Assembly (NCBI GenBank): GCA_014804905.1
Contig: JAAUYX010000047.1
Coordinates: 1 to 33,886 of the forward strand
From: Desulfovibrio sp.
GTDB lineage: Bacteria; Desulfobacterota; Desulfovibrionia; Desulfovibrionales; Desulfovibrionaceae
Direction: 5' to 3'
Length of the DNA stretch: 33,886 bases
Under the pieces are notes generated by a model. The model ran no database searches. It saw nothing but the letters and a program-made list of their open reading frames with translations, and was not told the origin of the DNA. The position numbers and the translations under genes are program-made. Each line of letters opens with the position of its first letter. Positions within the stretch are counted from its first letter, which is position 1. Below, in pieces: positions 27,084 through 33,886 of the stretch.

Positions 27084-27213
27084 TCGGACAGTTGAACCGG
27101 CGCGTCGCATGGCGCCCCGGTTTTGCCGCGCCTCTGCGCCCGCTGCGAGAGCGGCGCAAGGGCCACCATCATGCCAGGGCTTCGCCAGGACGCGGGGCCG
27201 GGCGGAGGACGGG

Positions 27214-29391
27214 ATGCTCGGATTTTCGTCACGCAAGCGCAATCGCGCCACCTATACGCCCCGCAAGGATGCGCGCAAGGCCGCCAAATGGTCCGGCGGC
27301 AAGGCGGCGTCCGGCGCCGCCAAGCCCTCGCGCTTTGCGGAGTGGGCCGCACGCGTGGACTGGAGCCGCTGGCGCATCAATGCCGTGGCCGTCATCTTCT
27401 GCCTTATCTGGGCGGGTCTCTGGGGCCGCGCATGGCACCTCCAGATGGTGGAGGGGCCGAGGCTCGCGGACAAGGCCCGGCGGCAGCACATGGCCTCGGA
27501 GCTCGTTTCGGGCAAGCGCGGCCTCATCTATGACCGCAACGGCCAGGTGCTCGCCCGAAGCGTGGAGGCGCGCTCGGTCTATGCCAAGCCGCAGGAAATC
27601 GAGGATTTCGCCCGCACGGCGGCAACGCTGGCCCCACTCCTCGGCATGGACGCCCAGAAGCTCCACGACGACCTTTCGCGCACGCGCAGGCGCTTTGTCT
27701 GGCTCCGCCGCAAGGTGGACGATTCCACGGCCGCGGCCATCCGCAAGGCCGACCTTGCGGGCATCGGCCTGAGCAAGGAATATGACCGCATTTATCCCTT
27801 CAAGCACATGGCCGGGCAGTTGCTGGGCTTCGTGGGCCTTGACGACAAGGGCCTCGAGGGCATCGAGCGCTCGCTGGAGGAGCGCCTCGGCTGCATCCCG
27901 GTGCGCCAGATCGTCCAGCGCGATGCCATGGGGCGGCGTTTTTACCTCAACGAGGAGGGCCAGAGCGAGCCGCGCGGCCAGGACGTAACGCTGACCCTTG
28001 ACATGCAAATCCAGTTCATCGCCGAGGAGGCCGTGGCCCGCGTGGCGCGCGAGTTCGACGCCCGCTGGGCAGGCGCGCTCGTGGTGGATGTGGAAAACGG
28101 CGATATCCTCGCCTGGGCGCAATATCCCTTCTTCAATCCCAACACCTACAGGGAATCCTCGCCGCAAATCTACCGCAACCGCCTTGCCGCGGACGCGCTG
28201 GAGCCCGGCTCCACCTTCAAGCCCTTTGTCATGGCCGCGGCCCTGCAGGAGCGCAAGGTCACGCCCAATACGCTCATCGACTGCGAGGGCGGCAAATGGG
28301 AGCGCAAGAATATCTCCATCCGCGACACCTCCACCCAGGGTATCCTCCCGGCAAGCAAGGTGCTGCGCTATTCCTCCAATATCGGCATGGCCAAGATTGG
28401 CCTCCAGCTCGGGGCGCAGCAGTCGTGGAAATACCTGCACGCCCTCGGCTTCGGCGAGCGCACCAGCGTGCCCGTGGCCGAGAGCCGCGGCATCCTGCGC
28501 CGCCCGAGGGACTGGGGCGAGGCCGACGTCATGTCCGCGGCCTTCGGGCAGAGCGTCTCCGTCACGGCGCTCCAGATGGCGCAGGCCTATCTCACCCTGC
28601 TCAATCACGGCGTCTACAAGCCCCTGCGCCTCGTGCGCGAGGAGGGCGGCGTGGAGGAGGCGCACGAGCGCGTTTTCAATGAAAAGACCGTGCGCGAGGT
28701 CGTGGACATGATGCGCGATGTGGTGGAGGAAAACGACGGTACGGGCAAGCGGGCGCGCGTGCCCGGCGTGGAGGTGGCGGGCAAGACCGGCACCGCCCAG
28801 AAGGCCGACGCCCGCGCCGGCACCTATGGCGTCAAGCGCGTGGCCTCCTTCGTGGGCTTTTTGCCCGCGCGCGCCCCGCGCTATCTCGTGGTCGTCTTTG
28901 TGGACGAGCCCACGCGCAACCAGTACGGCGGCGTGGTGGCCGCGCCCGCCTTCAAGGAGATCGCGAGCCGCGTGCTCACCTATACGGGCGCGCTCACCGA
29001 GGTGCAGGTGGCCGAGGCCGCCCGCAAGGATACGGTGCGCCGCCGCGGCCTCAAACTCGTGGGCATGGACGCGCCCTATCTGGAGCCCAGGGCCGTTGCC
29101 CCGGCACCGGGCGCTGAGGCCGCAGCCCCGCAACTCGCCGAAGCCCCTCCCCCGCGCCGTCCGCAGGAGTCCATGCGGCTGCCGGGACACAGGGCGCGGG
29201 CCTCGAGCCATGTGCCGGATGTCATGGGCAAGTCCGTGCGGAATGCCGTGGAACTTTTCGCCCGCGCGGGCGTGGTGCCCGAGCTCAAGGGCACGGGGAG
29301 CCGCGTGGTCAGGCAGAGTCCCCCTGCCGGGACGGCGTGGCCCGAGGAGGGCAAGCGGGCCGACTATATCCTCTGGCTGTCGGAGCGCTGA
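27214..29391 (+). CDS. ftsI: Class B penicillin-binding protein FtsI (PBP3) with C-terminal PASTA domain
   Basis: ATG 27214 after GGAGGA. RGLIYDRNG, GLEGIE, EPGSTFK (SxxK), SSN, KTGTAQK, and VPDVMGKSVRNA PASTA. Confidence 0.93.
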   Translation: MLGFSSRKRNRATYTPRKDARKAAKWSGGKAASGAAKPSRFAEWAARVDWSRWRINAVAVIFCLIWAGLWGRAWHLQMVEGPRLADKARRQHMASELVSGKRGLIYDRNGQVLARSVEARSVYAKPQEIEDFARTAATLAPLLGMDAQKLHDDLSRTRRRFVWLRRKVDDSTAAAIRKADLAGIGLSKEYDRIYPFKHMAGQLLGFVGLDDKGLEGIERSLEERLGCIPVRQIVQRDAMGRRFYLNEEGQSEPRGQDVTLTLDMQIQFIAEEAVARVAREFDARWAGALVVDVENGDILAWAQYPFFNPNTYRESSPQIYRNRLAADALEPGSTFKPFVMAAALQERKVTPNTLIDCEGGKWERKNISIRDTSTQGILPASKVLRYSSNIGMAKIGLQLGAQQSWKYLHALGFGERTSVPVAESRGILRRPRDWGEADVMSAAFGQSVSVTALQMAQAYLTLLNHGVYKPLRLVREEGGVEEAHERVFNEKTVREVVDMMRDVVEENDGTGKRARVPGVEVAGKTGTAQKADARAGTYGVKRVASFVGFLPARAPRYLVVVFVDEPTRNQYGGVVAAPAFKEIASRVLTYTGALTEVQVAEAARKDTVRRRGLKLVGMDAPYLEPRAVAPAPGAEAAAPQLAEAPPPRRPQESMRLPGHRARASSHVPDVMGKSVRNAVELFARAGVVPELKGTGSRVVRQSPPAGTAWPEEGKRADYILWLSER

Positions 29392-30848
29392 TGATGGAGT
29401 GGGATTTCACGGAACTTCTGGCCGCGGCCCGCGCCGGTGGCCGCGAGGTGCGGGCGGATTCGCGCAAGGTCGGCCCCGGCGACATCTTTGTGGCCGTGCC
29501 CGGCGCGAGCGAAGACGGCTCGCGCTATATCGCCGATGCCGTGGCGGCCGGGGCGGCCATTGTGGTCTGCCGGCCGGAGGCCGCCCACGCGGCCGGGACC
29601 GGCGGGGCAGCTTGCCGCTTCATCCCCCACGAGGACCCGCGCGAGGCCCTGTGGCGGCTGGCCGCGGCGCGCTTCGGCACGGAAGATTTGCCGCTCAGCG
29701 TGGTGGGCATCACCGGGACCAACGGCAAGACCACCACGGCGGCCCTGCTGGAGCATCTTTTCACGGCCGCAGGGCATCGCGTGGGGGTGCTCGGCACAGT
29801 CACCTATCGCTGGCCTGGCCACAGCGAGGCCGCGCCCCTCACCACGCCGGACCCGCTCTCCCTCCACGCCATGCTGGCGCGCATGGCAAAGGCCGGGGTG
29901 GACATGGTGTTCATGGAAGTCTCGTCCCATGCGCTCGCGCAGCAGCGCGTTTCCGGCGTGCCCTTCGCCGGGGCGGTGTTTACCAACCTCACGCAGGACC
30001 ACCTCGACTTTCATCCCGACATGGAGAGCTATTTCAAGGCCAAGGCCCGGCTGTTCCTGGAACTGCCGCGCAAGGACAAGGCGCTCGCCATCAATGCCGA
30101 CGACCCCTGGGGGCGCCGCCTGCTGGAGCTCTGCCCTGATGCGCTTTCCTACGGTCTCGGACGCGGCGTGCCGGGGCGGCGGCATCTCTGGGGCGAGCTT
30201 CTCGCCTCCGGTACGGCGGGCGTGCATTTGCGGATGCGCGCCGACGACGCCGAATGGGAGCTGCGCTCACCGCTCGTGGGCGCCTTCAACGCGGCCAATC
30301 TGCTGGCAGCGCAGGCCATGGCGCTGGAGCTGGGCCTGCCGCCCCAGGCCATGGGCGCGCTCGCCACGTTCACCGGGGTGTCCGGGCGGCTCGAGCGGGT
30401 GGAGAATCCGCAGGGGCTGCACGTTTTTGTGGATTACGCACACACGCCGGATGCGCTCGTCAATGTGCTCACGGCCCTGCGCGGCGCGGGTTTTGCGCGC
30501 ATCGTCACGGTTTTCGGCTGCGGCGGCAATCGCGACAGGACCAAGCGCCCGCTCATGGGCGAGGCCGTGGCGCGCCACGCGGATGTGGCGGTGCTCACCT
30601 CCGACAATCCGCGCAACGAGGAGCCGGAAGCTATTCTTCAGGATGTGCTCCCCGGTCTCGCCGCGGCGCGCGAAGTGGTGGTGGAGGCGGACCGCCGCGC
30701 GGCCACGGAAAAGGCCCTCGCCATGCTCGGCCGGGAGGACGCCCTGCTCATCGCGGGCAAGGGCCACGAGGATTACCAGATCATCAAGGGCGTGAAGCAC
30801 CACTACAGCGATCAGGAAGTGGTGCGGGAGCTTCTCAGGTGCGAATGA
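29391..30848 (+). CDS. murE: UDP-MurNAc-L-Ala-D-Glu--meso-DAP ligase MurE
   Basis: DSRKV, GITGTNGKTT, MEVSSH, FTNLTQDHLDFH, VDYAHTPD, DNPR (mDAP-type), AGKGHEDYQ. TGATG overlap with ftsI. Confidence 0.97.
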   Translation: MMEWDFTELLAAARAGGREVRADSRKVGPGDIFVAVPGASEDGSRYIADAVAAGAAIVVCRPEAAHAAGTGGAACRFIPHEDPREALWRLAAARFGTEDLPLSVVGITGTNGKTTTAALLEHLFTAAGHRVGVLGTVTYRWPGHSEAAPLTTPDPLSLHAMLARMAKAGVDMVFMEVSSHALAQQRVSGVPFAGAVFTNLTQDHLDFHPDMESYFKAKARLFLELPRKDKALAINADDPWGRRLLELCPDALSYGLGRGVPGRRHLWGELLASGTAGVHLRMRADDAEWELRSPLVGAFNAANLLAAQAMALELGLPPQAMGALATFTGVSGRLERVENPQGLHVFVDYAHTPDALVNVLTALRGAGFARIVTVFGCGGNRDRTKRPLMGEAVARHADVAVLTSDNPRNEEPEAILQDVLPGLAAAREVVVEADRRAATEKALAMLGREDALLIAGKGHEDYQIIKGVKHHYSDQEVVRELLRCE

Positions 30849-32251
30849 GCGTCGGCGAAATGGCGGCCGCGCTGGGCATCAGCGCTGAAGCGGCCCCTGA
30901 CCGGGTGGACCGTATCCTCACCCGCGCGGTCACGGACAGCCGCGAGGCCGCACCGGGCGCGCTCTTTGTGTGCGTGCCGGGCGCGCGCGTGGACGGCCAC
31001 GATTTTGCCGCCTCCGCCGTGGAGCGGGGGGCCCGGGCCGTGCTCGCCTCCCGGCCCTTACCGGAAGTGGTGGCGCTGGGCGCGCCCGTGCTCGTGGTTC
31101 CGGATACCGTCAGGGCGCTGGGGCGGCTCGCCGCGTACTGGCGCGACAAGACGGGCGCAAAAGTGGTGTGCGTCACGGGTACGGCGGGCAAGACCACCCT
31201 CAAGGAGACGCTGGCCGCCATCCTTGCCGAACACGGCAAGACGGCCAGGACGCCGCTCAACCACAATAACCAGATAGGGATGCCCTGCGCCGTGCTGGAT
31301 ACGGACGGCGACGAGGATTTCTGGGTCATGGAGGCGGGCATCAGCCACGAGGGCGACATGGACGAGCTTGCGGCCATCCTGCGGCCGGACCTCGCCCTCA
31401 TCCTCAATGTGGGGCCCGGCCACACCGAGGGCCTCGGCGGCAGGGGCGTGGCCTGGCACAAGGCGCGCCTGCTCGCGCATCTTTCCCCCGGCGGGACCGC
31501 CCTTGTGAGCGCGGACTATGCGGACCTCGTGGCCGAGGCCGAGGCCACGGGCGCAAAGCCCGTCTATTTCAGCGCGACCGGGGTTGATGTCCCCTACAGC
31601 GCGCGCATGGGCGAGGGGGCAGGGAACTTCTATCTTGAGCTTGCGGGCGAGGGCCTCGAGGCCCAAACGCCCTTCCGGGGCGCTTTCGGCGCGGAGAACG
31701 CCATCGCCGCCGCTGGCGCCGCGCACCTGCTGGGCCTTGACGCGGAGGAAATCCGCCGCGGCTTTGCGGTAGCAACCCTGCCGCCCCAGCGCTGCGCCAG
31801 AAAGGAGTTCGGCCCCTGGCGCGTCATCGACGACACCTATAATGCCAATCCGCTTTCCATGCGGCGGATGCTGGAGGCCGCGGCGGCGGAGGCCGGGGCG
31901 GCCTCGCTGCCGCTGGTGGCGGTGCTCGGCGAAATGGGCGAGCTCGGCGCGGACTCCGCCAGACACCACGAAGATTTGGGGCGCCTACTTGGCGAGCTTG
32001 GCGTCGCCGCCGTTTTCTGGAAGGGCGGCCACGGCGGGGACGTGCGGGTGGGCCTCGCCGCCACGCATCCCCATGCGGCGCGGGGGTGGACCGAGGTAAA
32101 GGGCCCCGAGGATTTTGCGGCGGCATGGCAGGCCTGCAGGGACTTCCCCGCAGGCGGGGTCCTGCTGTTCAAGGGTTCGCGCGCCAACCGCCTGGAAGAG
32201 CTTCTGGCGGCGCTGGAAGAAAAGGAAAGGGAGCAAGGGCGTGTTCTATAA
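30845..32251 (+). CDS. murF: UDP-MurNAc-tripeptide--D-Ala-D-Ala ligase MurF
   Basis: [47 protein letters not shown] overlap with murE. Confidence 0.95.
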   Translation: MSVGEMAAALGISAEAAPDRVDRILTRAVTDSREAAPGALFVCVPGARVDGHDFAASAVERGARAVLASRPLPEVVALGAPVLVVPDTVRALGRLAAYWRDKTGAKVVCVTGTAGKTTLKETLAAILAEHGKTARTPLNHNNQIGMPCAVLDTDGDEDFWVMEAGISHEGDMDELAAILRPDLALILNVGPGHTEGLGGRGVAWHKARLLAHLSPGGTALVSADYADLVAEAEATGAKPVYFSATGVDVPYSARMGEGAGNFYLELAGEGLEAQTPFRGAFGAENAIAAAGAAHLLGLDAEEIRRGFAVATLPPQRCARKEFGPWRVIDDTYNANPLSMRRMLEAAAAEAGAASLPLVAVLGEMGELGADSARHHEDLGRLLGELGVAAVFWKGGHGGDVRVGLAATHPHAARGWTEVKGPEDFAAAWQACRDFPAGGVLLFKGSRANRLEELLAALEEKEREQGRVL

Positions 32252-33317
32252 CCTGTTCGCCCCCCTGAGCGCGGAATGGACGGCGTTCAACGTCTTCCGC
32301 TACATTTCCTTCCGCTCCATGGCGGCGCTCATCACGGCGCTCGTCATTTCCATCCTCGTGGGGCCACGCTTCATCGCGTGGCTCAGGCGCCTCAAGTGCG
32401 GCCAGTACATCCACGAGGATGTGGCCGCCCACGCCGCCAAGGCGGGCACGCCCACCATGGGCGGCCTGCTCATCCTGTTCAGCCTTTCGGTGAGCATGCT
32501 CCTCTGGGGCGATCTCGCCAACCGCTATGTGTGGCAGACTTTTTTCGTGTTCGTGGGCTTCGGGGCCATCGGCCTCTGGGACGACCTCTCCAAGCTCAGG
32601 CATCACCAGAACAAGGGCATTTCCGCCAAGGCCAAGTTCACCGCGCAGGTCCTCGTGGCCTTTTGCGCCATCTGGATGCTGTGGGAAAATCCGGCCTTTG
32701 ACACGCGCCTCACCATTCCCTTTGTCAAGAGCTGGGCCCCGGACCTCGGCTGGTTCTATCTGCCTTTCGGCATCTTTCTCATGGTGGCCGCGTCCAACGC
32801 CGTGAACCTCACGGACGGGCTGGACGGCCTCGCCATCGGGCCCACCATCATCGCGGCGCTGGTCTTTGCCATCTTCCTCTATGTGACGGGCAATGCGCGC
32901 TTTTCCGCCTACCTGCTCATGCCCTACATCCCCGGTGTGGGCGAGGTGACCGTATTTTGCGCGGCGCTCGCCGGGGCCGGGCTCGGCTTTCTCTGGTTCA
33001 ATGCCTATCCGGCCCAGGTGTTCATGGGCGATGTGGGCTCGCTCTCCATCGGCGGCGTGCTCGGCTATCTGGCCCTGCTGTGCAAGCAGGAGCTCATCCT
33101 CGCTGTGGTGGGGGCCATCTTCGTGGCCGAAACGCTTTCCGTCATCCTGCAGGTGGGCTATTTCCGCTGGACGGGCGGCAAGCGCATCTTCCGCATGGCC
33201 CCGCTGCATCACCATTTTGAGCTCAAGGGCGTGCCGGAATCCAAGATCATCATCCGGTTCTGGATACTTTCCATCCTGCTCGGGCTCGTCGCCCTGTCTG
33301 TCCTGAAACTGCGCTGA
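32241..33317 (+). CDS. mraY: Phospho-MurNAc-pentapeptide transferase MraY
   Basis: GTG start 32241. [46 protein letters not shown]. Confidence 0.97.
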   Translation: MFYNLFAPLSAEWTAFNVFRYISFRSMAALITALVISILVGPRFIAWLRRLKCGQYIHEDVAAHAAKAGTPTMGGLLILFSLSVSMLLWGDLANRYVWQTFFVFVGFGAIGLWDDLSKLRHHQNKGISAKAKFTAQVLVAFCAIWMLWENPAFDTRLTIPFVKSWAPDLGWFYLPFGIFLMVAASNAVNLTDGLDGLAIGPTIIAALVFAIFLYVTGNARFSAYLLMPYIPGVGEVTVFCAALAGAGLGFLWFNAYPAQVFMGDVGSLSIGGVLGYLALLCKQELILAVVGAIFVAETLSVILQVGYFRWTGGKRIFRMAPLHHHFELKGVPESKIIIRFWILSILLGLVALSVLKLR

Positions 33318-33325
33318 GGAGAAAA

Positions 33326-33886
33326 ATGGCACTGGAGCACAGCCGTGGCCCGCGGCCGCAAGCGGGCGAACTTGCCGTGGTGGTCGGCGCCGGGCGCTCG
33401 GGCCTCGCCGCCGCAAGGCTCTTGCGCAGGCTCGGCGCCGATGTCCGCCTGCTGGACAGGAAGGCCGACGCGCTCACCGACGCGCAGCAGGCGGAATTGC
33501 GCGCCGAGGGCATCGAGGTTGAGCTTGGCGAGCACACGCCCGCCCAGTTTGCGGGCGCTTCCTGGGTAATCCCGAGTCCGGGCCTCCCCATTGCCGCCAT
33601 CGAGCCGCTCGTGGAGGCCACCGTGGCCCCCGGAACAAAAGCGCCGGAAATCCTCGCCGAGATGGAGCTTGCCTGGCGCTGCCTCGACGACGAGCCCGTC
33701 ATAGCCGTCACCGGGACCAGCGGCAAGACCACCACGGCCTCGCTGGCCGCGGCCATGTTGCAGGCGCAGGGCTATACCGTCTTTCTCGGCGGCAATATTG
33801 GCACACCGCTCTCGGAATATGTGCTCGGGGGGCGCAAGGCCGATGTGCTGGTACTGGAGATTTCCAGTTTCCAGCTTCAGGGCTGC
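33326..33886 (+). CDS. murD: UDP-MurNAc-L-Ala--D-Glu ligase MurD (3' truncated by window)
   Basis: Translated by hand from ATG 33326 (GAGGAG RBS): MALEHSRGPRPQAGELAVVVGAGRSGLAAARLL...IPSPG...IAVTGTSGKTTT...GGNIGTP...LEISSFQL. Not in the ORF track because it has no stop in the window. Confidence 0.95.
   Translation, partial: MALEHSRGPRPQAGELAVVVGAGRSGLAAARLLRRLGADVRLLDRKADALTDAQQAELRAEGIEVELGEHTPAQFAGASWVIPSPGLPIAAIEPLVEATVAPGTKAPEILAEMELAWRCLDDEPVIAVTGTSGKTTTASLAAAMLQAQGYTVFLGGNIGTPLSEYVLGGRKADVLVLEISSFQLQGC

Overview
High-GC (roughly 70% by eye) chromosomal window, most likely from a Desulfovibrio-like deltaproteobacterium; this is inferred from gene content and protein style. In order it holds: the 3' end of ettA, a secreted DUF4139-family protein, a classical autotransporter, and a translationally coupled YhaO/YhaN-type (Mre11/SbcD-like nuclease + Rad50/SMC-like ATPase) pair. 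Next is a minus-strand run (glmU, Tim44-domain protein, PaaI thioesterase, TPR protein) divergent from groES-groEL. Then come a putative esterase, a CxxCxxCC protein + J-domain protein pair, a TDT/SLAC1 transporter, an FKBP PPIase + type III glutamine synthetase, a large TPR protein with two degenerate GGDEF-like domains, and the start of the dcw cluster (mraZ-rsmH-ftsL-ftsI-murE-murF-mraY-murD). I found no rRNA, tRNA, CRISPR array, transposase or integrase. Most is housekeeping. The most notable items are (i) the Rad50-like ATPase carrying a two-helix membrane hairpin at its midpoint where a zinc hook would be, with a palindrome over its operon's -10 box; (ii) the possibly leaderless double-degenerate-GGDEF/TPR protein; (iii) matching RpoH-like promoters and a structured groES leader with no CIRCE; and (iv) an esterase that may be horizontally acquired. 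All calls are from reading motifs by eye; no database searches were run.
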